A stretch of DNA of 64,000 nucleotides from NCBI RefSeq assembly GCF_046119375.1, contig NW_027362769.1, forward strand, positions 359,786,001-359,850,000, written 5' to 3'. The notes under the pieces are model-generated. The model had not been told where the DNA came from. It did not search any database and saw nothing but the letters and a program-made list of their open reading frames with translations. A program made the position numbers and the translations under genes. The stretch's first letter is position 1, and each line of letters opens with the position of its first letter. The stretch comes from Phyllobates terribilis (Eukaryota). Positions 49,116-62,060 of the stretch are shown here, in pieces.

Positions 49116-52050
49116 AATATATACCTGACAGGAGCCCATAGATTCTTCTGGCTCCAATAATATATACCTGACAGGAGCCCATAGATTCTGCTGGCTCCAA
49201 TAATAAATACCTGACAGAAGCCCAAACATTCTGCAGGCTCCAATAATATATACCTGACAGGAGCCCATACATTCTCCTGCCTACAATAATATATACCTGA
49301 CAGGAGCCCATAGATTCTCCTGCCTCCAATAATATATACTTGGTAGAAGCCCATACATTCTGCTGGCTCTAATAATATATACCTGACAGGAGCCCATAGA
49401 TTCTGCTGCCTCCAATAATATATACCTGACAGGAGCCCATAGATTCTGCTGCCTCCAATAATATATACCTGATAGGAGTCCATACATTCTCCTGCCTCCA
49501 ATAATATATACCTGACAGGAGCCCATAGATTCTGCTGCCTCCAATAATATATACCTGACAGGAGACCACACATTCTCCTGCCTCCAATAATATATACCTG
49601 ACAGGAGCCCATACATTCTGCTGCTTCCAATAATATATACCTGGCAGGAGCCCATACATTCTCCTGCCTTCAATAATATATACCTGAAAGGAGTCCATAG
49701 ATTCTGCTGCCTCCAATAATATATACCTGACAAGAGCCCATAGATTCTGCTGCCTCAAATAATATATGCCTGGTAGGAGCCCATGCATTCTCCTGCCTCC
49801 AATAATATATACCTGACAGGAGCCCAAAGATTCTCCAGCCTCCAATAATATATACCTGAAAGGAGAACATACATTCTACTGCCTCCAATAATATATACCT
49901 GACAGGAGCCCATACATTCTCCTGCCTCCAATAATATATACCTAATATATACCTGACAGGAGCCCATAGATTCTGATGCCTCCAATAATATATACCTGAC
50001 AGGAGCCCATATACTCTGCTACCTCAAAAAATAAATACCTGACAGGAGCCTATAGATTCTGCTTCCTCCAATAATATATACCTGACAGGAGCCCATACAT
50101 TCTGCTGTCTCCAATAATATATACCTGACAGGAGCCCATACATTCTGCTGCCTCCAATAATATATACCTGACAGGAGCCCATACATTCTGCTGCCTCCAA
50201 TAATATATACCTGACAGGAGCCCAAAGATTCTGCTGCCTCCAATAATATATAACTGACAGGAGCCCATACATTTTCCTGCCTCCAATATTATATACCTGG
50301 TAGGAGCCAATACATACTCCTGCCTCCAATAATATATACCTGACAATATACCGACAGGAGCCCATAGATTCTCCTACCTCCAATAATATATACCTGGTAG
50401 GAGCCCATACATCTGCTGGCTACAATCATATAAACCTGATAGGAGCCCATAGATTCTTCTGCCTCCAATAATATATACCTTGTAGGAGCCCATGCATTCT
50501 CCTGCCTCCAATAATATATACCTGACAGGAGCCCATAGATTCTGCTGCATCCAATAATATATACCTGACAGGAGCCCATAGATTCTGCTGGCTCCAATAA
50601 TATATACCTGACAGGAGCCCATCGATTCTGCTGCCTCCAATAATATATACCTGACAGGAGCCCATACACTCTGCTGCCTCCAATAATATATACCTGACAG
50701 GAGCCCATAAATTCTCCTGCCTCCAATAATTTATACCTGACAGGAGTCCATACATTCTCTTGCCTCCAATAATATATACCTGACAGGAGCCCATACATTC
50801 TCCTGCCTCCAATAATATATACCTGACAGGAGTCCATACATTCTGCTGCCTCCAATAATATATACCTGAGAGGAGCCCATAATTTCTCCTGCCTCCAATA
50901 ATTTATACCTGACAGGAGTCCATACATTCTCTTGCCTCCAATAATATATACCTGACAGGAGCTCATACATTCTCCTGCCTCCAATAATATATACCTGACA
51001 GGAGTCCATACATTCTGCTGCCTCCAATAATATGTACCTGACAGGAGCCCATACATTCTGCTGCCTCCAATAAAATATACCTGACGGGAGCCCATACATT
51101 CTGCTGCATCCAATAATATATACCTGACAGGAGCCCATAGATTCTGCTGCCTCCAATAATATATACCTGACAGGACCCATACATTCTGCTGCCTCCAATA
51201 ATATATACCTGACAGGACCCATACATTCTGCTGCCTCCAATAATATATATCTGACAGGATCCCATACATTCTACTGCCTCCAATAATATATACCTGACAA
51301 GTCTCATACATTCTTCTGCCTCCAATAATATATACGTAACAGGATCCCATACATTCTGCTGCCTCCAATAATATATACCTGACAGGATCCCATACATTCT
51401 GCTGCCTCCAATAATATATATCTGACAGGATCCCATACATTCTACTGCCTCCAATAATATATACCTGACAAGTCTCATACATTCTTCTGCCTCCAATAAT
51501 ATATACCTGACAGGATCCCATACATTCTCTTGCCTCCAATAATATATACCTGACAGGATCCCATACATTCTGCTGCCTCCAATAATATATACCTGACAGG
51601 AGCCCATAGAGTCTGCTGCCTTCAATAATATATACCTGACAGGAGCCCATAGATTCTGCTGCCTCCAATAATATATACCTGACAGGATCCCATACATTCT
51701 ACTGCCTCCAATAATATATACCTGACAGGAGCCCATAGAGTCTGCTGCCTTCAAAAATATATACCTGACAGGAGCCCATAGATTCTGCTGCCTCCAATAA
51801 TATATATCTGACAGGAGCCCATACATTCTGCTGCCTCCAATAATATATACCTGACAGGAGCTCATACATTCTGCTGCCTCCAATAATATATACCTGACAG
51901 GAGCCCATACATTCCCCTGCCTCCAATAATATATACCTGACAGGAGCCCATAGATTCTGATGCCTCCAATAATATATACCTGGTAGGAGCCCATACATTC
52001 TCCTGCCTCCAATAATATATTCCTGGTAGGAGCCCATAGATTCTGCTGCC
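49116..52050. repeat. 43-bp minisatellite, right part (~68 units)
   Basis: Same unit as 24017-24543. Confidence 0.95.
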
Positions 52051-52384
52051 GCTGCTTCGGGCAGCGCCGCGTCCGACCTCCACAGTGCGCACAGGAAGCA
52101 GTCCTAGGGTGATAACGTCATCGCCCTGAGACTGACCTCCTGCGCACGGACCGGCAGTGTTGCACTGCGCATAGGAGGCAGAGGGTCACTGCCGTAGCAG
52201 GCAGAGGAGGGAGATCGCTCTCCCTGCTTTGACCTTGCAGAGGGCCCATCACTAATCATATCGGCAGTGCTGCCGATATGATTAGCGAACCAGGGGGGCA
52301 GGGTGTGGGGCTTGGGCTCGTCGCCATCGGGACTCGGGGCCCACCCGGGGTTTTCCCGATCCTCCGGTGGGCCAGTCCACCCTG

Positions 52385-54640
52385 CCTACAGCCTCTCCCC
52401 ACATCTACTCAATCATCCTCCTCCATAACCACGTTCTCTACCATTACGGAAGATCAACTTTCCTATTTACTTTCCAAATCACACCTCACCACCTGTGAAC
52501 TTGACCCAATCTCGTCCCACCTCATCCCAAACCTTACCACTATCTTCATCCCAACCTTAGCCCACCTTTTCAACTTGTCATCAACAACTGGCGTCTTTCC
52601 CTCATACTTCAAACATGCCTCGATCACACCCAACCTCAAAAAGCCCTCCCTTGACCTATCCTCTCTGACTAGCTATCGACCCATATCACTTGTCCCCTAT
52701 GCCTCAAAACTACTGGAACAACACGTTCATTCTGAACTGTCCTCCCACCTCTCCTCCTGCTCCCTCTTCGACCACCTACAATCTGGTTTCCAATCGCACA
52801 ATTTTACTGAAACTGCACTGACTAAGGTCACCAATGTTGTGGTGACCCTTCTTTGTTATTAGGGAGAACTTTGGAATAGACAGCAAAGGGTCTTCACATT
52901 GCCAGTGAGATTCAAATTAAAATACTTCATCGATGAAGGGAGAGAGACAAAATGCATGCGATATGCATTGTCAGCAGGTAGAGTCTTCTGTGTGGCAGCT
53001 AAGACTCACCACCTTTATTAGCTAGACAAAACGGAACTACAATTGTTACATACAACTGAACAGGAAACCAAAATAGACAATCAGTGATAACACACTTACC
53101 TTGGCCCAACATAAACCTTCTTGTCAGGGAATTCACAGGAAACCAGTATCTTAGTCAGAGCTTCCATGATGCAAGTTTTAAGCAGAGGCTTCAGACTTAG
53201 CAAAAATATAAATTGTTTTCCTAAATAAATAATGAAGCTAGATATAAAATATTAACCATAACACCAATGGCCTACTAACAGCCAATCCAAGCTACACTAC
53301 TCTGTCCTCCTCCTCCTGGACCTGTCATCTGCCTTTGACACAGTGGACCATTCCCTCTTACTCCAGACTCTCTCATCTCTCGGCATCACAGACTTGGCCC
53401 TATCCTGGATCTCCTCATACCTAATAGACCGGACATTCAGTGTCTCCCACTCACACGCCACTTCCTCATCTCACCCTTTATCTGTCGGTGTCCCTCAAGG
53501 TTCTGTTCTAGGACCCTTACTCTTCTCCATCTACACCTTAGGCCTGGGACAGCTCATATAGTCTCACGGCTTTCAGTATCACCTCTATGCCGACGACACA
53601 GAAATCTACCTCTCTGGACCCGATATCTCCTCCATACTAACCAAAATCCCACAATGTCTGTCCGCTATTTCATCCTTATTCTCTGCTAGATTTCTAAAAC
53701 TTAACATGGACAAAACAGAATTCATCATCTTTCCCCATCTCAACCCCCCCAACTGAACTATCTATCAATGTCAATGGCTGTCCACTCTCCCCAGTCCCTC
53801 AAGCTCACTGCCTTGGGGTAACCCTGGACTCTAATCTCTCCTTCAAACCACATATCCAAGTCAGTTACACTTCCTGCCGACTCCAACTTAAAAATATCTC
53901 TCAGATCCACACATTCCTCAACCATGAATCTGCGAACACACTAGTGCATGCCCTCATCTCCTGCCTCGACTACTGCAACCTCCTGCTCTGTGGCCTCCCT
54001 TCCAACACTCTCGCACCCCTCCAATCTATCCTAAGCTCTGCTCCCCGACTAATCTACCTGTCCCCCTGCTATTCCACAGGCTCTTCTCTCTGTCAATCTC
54101 TTCACTGGCTCTCCATTGCTCAGAGACTCCAGTTCAAAACCCTAACCATGGCATACAAAGCCATCCACAGTCTGTCTCCTCCATATATCTCTGACCTAGT
54201 CTCCCGGTACATACCTGCACGCAACCTCCGATCCTCACAACATCTCCTTCTCTACTCCTCTCTTATCTCCTCCTGTCTGAAACGCATACAAGATTTCTCC
54301 TGTGCATCCACCCTACTCTGGAACTGTCTACCCCAACATATCAGACTCTCGCCTACCATGGAAACCTTCAAAAGGAACCTGAACCCACCTCTTCCGACAA
54401 GCCTACAACCTGCAGTAACCCTCGCTCCACCATACCACTCCACTACCAGCCCTACCCTCAACTACTGTATCCTCGCCAATCCCTTGTAGATTGTGAGCCC
54501 TCGTGGGCAGGGTCCTTGCTCCTCCTGTACCAGTCGCTGTCACGTTTTGTTCAAGATTATTGTAATTGTTTTTGCTATTTATTCCCCTTTTTTCACATGT
54601 AATGCGCCATGGAATAAATGGCGCTATAATAAATAATAAT
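52385..54640 (+). mobile_element. L2 LINE copy 2, 3' segment
   Basis: [34 protein letters not shown] ~53587; 3' hairpin GCGCCATGGAATAAATGGCGC 54604-54624 and TAA-rich tail. Confidence 0.92.
52835..53263. mobile_element. 429-bp solo LTR inside L2
   Basis: TGTTGTGGT...ACCATAACA termini, 4-bp TSD CCAA; L2 sequence KVTN|DLL is continuous across it. Confidence 0.85.
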
Positions 54641-54953
54641 ATTAATTTTAAAATAAATAAAAAAATAAATACATACTTACCGCTCCTCATTCTCCGCTGC
54701 TTCCGTCTCTGCAGCACGTCTCTCTCATCACCTCAGCCACTGCCAGCTCCACTCTCTGACACAGCGTGGTGCGTCATCATGCCGCTGCGTCAGACTAGGG
54801 AGGAGGAATGATCGGAGAGGGAGTGTCACATGATGCAGAGAAAAATAGTTTTACAACACAGGACCCAGCCTGCCTCTTCATCCTTCATATATGCAGACAT
54901 GCCTGCACACACACAGTATGCAGACATGCACACACACACACACAGTACACAGA

Positions 54954-56199
54954 TGTAGCACCCTGAGGACTCGGCTGCTACAGGGGTATTACACCTCAAG
55001 CCAGAGGTGTGGTATTCCACTCCCGGGTAAGGATGGAGTGTGGAACTGAGCTCAGTTAGCTGCATACACTACATACATCCCATTTCCAGGGGACAGATCG
55101 ACGGTACTCCCACCAGTTTATGTGCAGGTACGACAGTGTCTGTCCCTGGCTGGAGTGGGAGGGGGGTGGAACATCCCAGTAGTGTAGGGGCAGATAGGGG
55201 GAGCAGTCTGGGTAAAGCTAGGAGCTCATTGGGTGCTGGTCACCTGAGCTCACACATAGAGGGAGTATATAAGGTGGGCACCATCTTAGGACAGGGTCTT
55301 TTGTAGAGTGAGTCTTTAGCCTGAGGAGCAGAGCAGAGGAGCTCAGCCAGAAGGGCTGACTGGGAGTTGTGGTTCCGGCTGGGCCCAGCTCCAAGGCCAA
55401 GTCTGAGAGAGAGAGAGAGGAGTCAGAAGGATCCAGAGAGAAGAAGAAGGAACCCCAAGACCCCAGAATACAAACAGCAGGGTGAAGGGTTGGCACCCAG
55501 GGTACCGGATCCCAAGCTGGCAGAGGCCAAAGCACACCTTAGCCAGAGACCGGAGGTCGTGGGCAGGATCTGCCACGACCCTCACTAAATCCACTAGGAA
55601 GGCATACCAGGTATAGGGTCAGGGAACCCAGAAGAGGTGTACCCACCAAGAGACCCGAGGGAGCCGGACATAGGTGGATCCCTGGTGAGAACGGCCAGAA
55701 GAGAGGGAAAGTCAGACAGGAGCTCAGGACCACGCTCCAGAATTACTTGGGGGTTGGCCGAGTCCAGGACCTGGTGGACGCAGCACGGCTCGGGTGGTCG
55801 CTTCAGGCCAGAGTGACCATAAGAACACCCGTAAGTAAAAACCCCTGAACTGCACAGCCCGACTCTGAGTCTTCTTGCTTAGCTCTCCTGCACCTGCACA
55901 ACCACCATCCTCTACATCTGACCCCCTGAGGCTATACCCCTCCCGTTGGGGGTTATACTACCAGAGCTGCACACATACCACCAGCCTCAGCGGACCCTTC
56001 TGCAGCGGCGGCCTTTTGACCGCAAATCAACGGGTGGCGTAGTCGACACTGAGTACCTTTACCAACATCTGTAAAGACTGCCACACACTGAGTTTGACAC
56101 CCTGGGCACGGACCGGGTCGCCGCCACTCGGAGACTACAACCCCCATCTGATCTGGCTCCGGGTAATCCCCAAACAGCACTGGCCCAGGGGGCGCGTCA
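54954..56199 (+). mobile_element. Solo LTR, family A
   Basis: TGTAGCACCC...GGGGGCGCGTCA, 4-bp TSD CAGA, inserted in a (CA)-rich tract. Confidence 0.9.
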
Positions 56200-56703
56200 C
56201 AGACATGCACACACACACACTCACAGTACGCAGACAAGCACATACACACACAGTACGCAGTTATGCAAGCACACGGTAAGCATACATTCACACACGTGCA
56301 CATGGTACACAGATATGTACACATATAATAAGCAGACACGTGCATACAGGCATACGTACATATTTGAACACATTCTTTAAAACACATAAAACAGACATAA
56401 ATATGTATACACAGTCATACACACACACACGTTAAAATTATTTTTATCATGGGGTTTGGGGAAGCCGGCAACAAACCTCACTCACCTGCCTCGGTCTGTG
56501 TCCTGTCCAGCAACTCCTCAGGCATGAGTCAGTGCAGTGCTGCTGCACTGATTAAATGAGTCCTCTGCAGCAAATCATACAGTGGAGCAAGGATCGTGTA
56601 CACAGATAGATCTATATACCGTCTGGTACACAGGTGTCAGCAGACCCTAGTGTGGACCATCGCCTGCTATCTGCGGTGCGGGCTCTTATGAGGAGGATGT
56701 GGT

Positions 56704-56719
56704 GGCTCTTAGAAGAGCC
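56704..56719 (-). terminator. Stem-loop of the H2A pseudogene
   Basis: Identical to 9744-9759. Confidence 0.9.
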
Positions 56720-56753
56720 TTTAGTTGTTCTGACAGATGTGGAGGAGCGGCGC

Positions 56754-58065
56754 TCACTTGCTCTTGCTCGCCTTGCTGCTCTCGGTCTTCTTGGGCAGCA
56801 GCACGGCCTGGATCTTTGGAAGGACACCTCCCTGGGCAATGGTCACGCCACCCAGCAGCCTGTTGAGCTCCTCGTCATTGCACACCGCCAGCTGCAGGTG
56901 ACAGGGGATGATGCGGGTCTTCTTGTTGTCCCGGGCATCATTGCCGGCCAATTCCAGGATCTCAGCAGTCAGATACTCCAGCACAGCGGCCAGATAGACC
57001 GTGTAACGGGTCTGGGAGGTGGAACCTCTGAGCTACTATACAAAGGTGCAGTCCTTGTAAGGAAGCGGGTGGCTCCCAGGGAAGGCGGGCAGGTAGTCAC
57101 GGCAAGTGACAGGAACAGTCTCTGGGTAGAAGGGCAGGAGGTCACGGCAAGTGACGGGAACAGTTTCTTGACAGACGGGTGGTCACGGTAAGTGACAGCA
57201 GGGTAAGAGTCTCTAGACAGGCAGATGGTCACGGCAAGTGACAGCAAGGTAAGAGTCTCTAGACAGGCAGGTGGTCACGGCAAGTGACGGCAGAGCCTCC
57301 AGGTAGGCTAGCAGGCGCGTAGCAGGTGAGCGCTCCCAGGTGAGTGGGTAAGAGTCTCTCGGCTGGCTGGCAGGTGGTCACGGCAAGTGACGGAAGCACC
57401 TCCAGGTAGGCTAGCTGGCGGTTAGCAGGTGAGCGCTCCCAGGTGAGCGGGTAAGAGTCTCTCGGCTGGCTGGCAGGTGGTCTCAGGCAGGTATCAGGCA
57501 GGTGCTTCCTGATCCACCGGCGGACTGGTCCATAGACAGACTGGCGGATGCAGGTAGACAGACTGTTGGACCACAGAAATGCTAGCAGGTAGACAGAGCT
57601 GGAAAGCAGACTGGCAATGGGACCTGAAGGCTGAAGCAGAGGTGAAAGGCTTTGCAACAACTTTGCACGGGCACCTCCATTTTGGAGGAGGTGCCTTATA
57701 TATGGGAGCTCCACCGGCAATTGGCCGGGGATTCCTTAGGACGGCACGCACGGCCCCTTTAAGAGAGAGGGAGCGCGCGCGCGCGCGCCCTAAGCACAGT
57801 GCCCGGGAAGCGGCGAGCGCTGGCAGCAGCGCGGGAAGAGGACGCCGAGGACTGAGCAGGGAGGTGAGAGGAACGGCGTCTCTGCCTAGCAGGAGGCAGG
57901 GACGCCGACGATACAGACCGAAGCGCCGGCTCCGACTCTCTCGGCATAATTGGCCTTGCGGAGAAGCCTGTGCACACGGCCGACTGGGAACTGGAGTCCT
58001 GCCCGGGATGAGCGGGTCTTTGCCTTAGCACGGATTTTGCCTCCTTGTTTGCCGCGTCCAGACAA
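56754..58065 (-). pseudogene. H2A: Histone H2A pseudogene
   Basis: ATG changed to TTG (58065-58063); 914-bp solo LTR in the CDS; missense changes NDAR, IPCH, AVCN, PKIQ relative to the intact copy. Confidence 0.96.
57002..57915 (-). mobile_element. Solo LTR (914 bp), family C, inserted in H2A
   Basis: TGTA...TACA termini, 5-bp TSD GACCG (56997-57001, 57916-57920); internal GGTCACGGCAAGTGAC repeats; TATATAAG on the minus strand. Confidence 0.92.
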
Positions 58066-58928
<863 letters not shown>

Positions 58929-60189
58929 TAAATAGCAGGTGGCCCAAGTAGAAGTGAAGGCTAAGGGCTAACGAAGAAGATGGCGAAAAAACTGGGGCTG
59001 CTTTTGGGTTCTCCTTCACAGCTCAGCACTTTCACCAATGCCCTTGTGATTTCAGATGGAAGTTCAGTGACTTATTTAAGCCCTTGCTCCTCAGATCTGA
59101 CTCCTTTTGGTCTCATTCCTATTTTAGGAATTGATTCGGTTTAGTTTCTCTAAATAATGAAATTACTTCACTGTTTTATGAAAGGTGATTACATGAGATT
59201 GTGGTCGGTGGAGTTTATTAGTGATGAGCAGCATGCTCACCTCTATTCGTTACGAGCTCGAGATGCTCGTTGCTGGCGAGTATTATTTGAATGTTCGGGA
59301 GCTTGAATCGCCGCCCCGCATGTTTGGCGCATATTATACAGCCAATTACCATGCAGGGGTTGCGTGACAGTCAATGTCATGTCATAGAAAAATTTGGTTG
59401 TGGCATTACAGTGACTGGCTGGTCGCACAGCGTCATCAGGTCTATATCAGACCTGGCGCCTCCATGCTTGTCACAGTCACTCCGGAATCAGACAGTGTAG
59501 GGAGAGCTGCTGCTGAGCTAGGGAGTAGCGATGAGCGAGCACTAAAATGCTCGAGTACTCGTTGCTCGGGTCGAGCAAATTGGAATACTCGGGTGCTTTA
59601 CCCGAGCAATGAGCCCAATGTAATTCTATGTAAAACTCAAGCATTTTTCACGTGGCTCCCCCCGGTGGTTTGCAGAGGGCCTAAAAATTGGCCAAATCGA
59701 ACAGTGCTCAAATGACATGGGAACAGCATGGGGAAGACCCCTGGAAGCATTTCTGACTCCCAGGTCACTGCTGTCAACAACGTTGTCAGAGTATTACGCC
59801 ACTTTTACGGATTCACAATAAAACATACAAAAACAAAAGTAAAATGCATTTTCCTGGGAAATATATTAAGGAACATCCTTTCCAGGGTAATGACTTGTAT
59901 ATAAGGCAAAATAAATAACCAAAACCAAAAATACTCCTCCACACCTTGGGCTATATTCAAATGTAACATTTTTTATGCGTTTTTGCACTTTTGCATTGCT
60001 TTCAACAAAGACAAATGCATTCACTGGGAAATGTCATTTTAACATTTTACAATCTTATCTGGCCATGTGGTGTGTGACACATCATCAGACACATGCATAC
60101 AGTGCTGAAAAGACATGGGAACAGCATGGGGAAGACCTCTGGAACCATTTCTGACTCCCAGGTCACTGCCTAAAAGTGTGCCCATCATA

Positions 60190-60960
60190 AGTGATAAGAT
60201 GCCTCCCGCCATGCGCCTGTCGTTGCAGACTTGCAACAATCACCGTCCATGTCCTTGTCCCAGTGCAGCGTTCAGTTGTCCCTACCCCATTCCTTGGAAT
60301 GCAAGCACAAGTATGCAGCCAGCCACCCACCCACCTACAGGCTGCAATACTATACTGCCAAATTTTTGACAGCTGCTTGCACTTGAAATGTGGCCTTTTA
60401 GGGTCGTGGAGGCGGATGCTTTTCATAACCTCATGCCGGCGTCAGCTGGGTGCTCATGCTTGGTCCCCAGCCACCACTATTTCTCCCGGTATCGTCTCCG
60501 CCTTCCACAAGCACGGGTCCCACAACATTACCCGTGCCCTCCCCAGTGCACTTACTGGTAAAGACTGCCTACCCACAAACACGTGGACAGGTGAATGTGG
60601 CCAGGGACGGTACGGAGCCAGTCCACAGCTTTTTTTGCTGAGAGTTGTATTTAGCTCGGTGAAAGTACTGGCATAGAGGGAAACCGTATCTACTCCGGCT
60701 GTCATTTCTCCGCCACTAGGTTCCGCCCATTGTCACACACGACCATGCCTGGTTGTATTTTCTGCGGTGAGAGCCACAGATCAGGCTGCTGTGTTACAGC
60801 TTTCAACAACTCTGCATCGCTGGGCGGTTTGTCAATTAAGCATTAAGCATGTTATCTTCAGCACAGCCTGTTGCCACTTGGCCAGGGCAGTGCTGCAGTG
60901 CTGTCAGCTTGTGACTGATGTAGTCATTTCGGAGATGGAGGAGGAGGTGCAGGAGCTGAG
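60190..60960. pseudogene. Rearranged hAT transposase fragments: plus-strand piece (~60380-60615) joined to a minus-strand piece (~60730-60960)
   Basis: The plus piece reads EMWPFRVVE..NITRAL..TWTGECGQGRY; the minus piece parallels 63550-63770. Confidence 0.7.
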
Positions 60961-62060
60961 CAATGTGATTACATTGAGGTTAAATTAGTGACGCTGTTAT
61001 TTATACTAAAGAAAGATCCTATTGTTTGATTTTTTTACGTTATTTTTTAAGATAAATGCATTCACTGGGAAATGTCATTTTAACATTTTAAAACCTTATC
61101 TGGCAATGTGGTGTGTGACACATCATCAGAAACATATTGTTTTATTTATGAAGGAGGGACTCTGAAAGTCATAAAGCCTATTTTTATCGGGACATCAGAC
61201 GGCCCTTACTATTCTTAAAAGGCCAGCAGTTGGCCCTCGCGATTGTTAGAGAGCCATCAGGCGGCTATGCGTTCTTGTTCCCATTATTAACAAGTGGGTC
61301 TTCTATACTGTTATTGCGTATCCAGTGACTGCAATGGCTGCCAAAAATTTGGACGCAATCCAATACCCCTTTGAAGAGACATAGAGGAGGGTCTCAGTAA
61401 AAAAATGTTCCCATTATAAAGGAGCGGGTCTCCTATAGTGGTAATGCTCATGCTGTGACTGCAAGAGCTGCCAAAATTTGGGAAAAACCCCTCTAAGAAT
61501 TTAAAGACACATAGAGCAGGGCCACAGTAACAAGGTACGACATGTACCCATTAGGAAGGAGAGGGTCTGCTATACAGTTATAGGGTATGCAGTGAGTCCA
61601 ACGGCTGACCAATTTTAGGAAAAAACCCACTAAAAAGTTAAAGACACATAGAGCAGGGCCACAGTAACGACAAATTCCCATTAGAAAGGAGAAAGTCTAC
61701 CATAGTGTTGGCCTATGCAGTGAATGCAAGGGCTGCCAAAAATTTGGAGGCACTTCAATACCCCTTGGAAGAGACATGGAGGATGGCCTCATAAAAAAAT
61801 GTTCCCATTAAAAAGGAGTGGGCCTCCTTTTATAATTTTTTGTATAATTTTTTTTTGTTATAGGCATCATAAACACCCTTTAAAAAAATTATGTGGGTGA
61901 TGCATCATGGACCACGGTCACCCTGGTGATATGGTGGTGGAGGATGAGGATGAGGAGAAGGACAAGAGCAAATAGCCAAAATCATTAAGCGTATACCAAT
62001 GTGTGGGTGTGAAAAGGTGCATGGGAATACACCTCCCAAGAAAAGACACTGGATTTGAGT

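Larger units (their letters stand above)
18683..52384 (-). mobile_element. Tip100/ZMYM1-like hAT element expanded to 33.7 kb by nested insertions
   Basis: Termini CAGAGCCGGACTGG and (reverse complement) CAGGGTGGACTGG; 8-bp TSD CCCACAGC/CCTACAGC (7/8); splits one L2; hAT dimerisation-domain remnant at 19208-19525. Confidence 0.75.

Noticed and set aside
49005-52092. Many overlapping minus-strand ORFs up to 459 aa (also 24017-24670)
   Set aside because: Translations of the 43-bp minisatellite in all three frames; no domain content.
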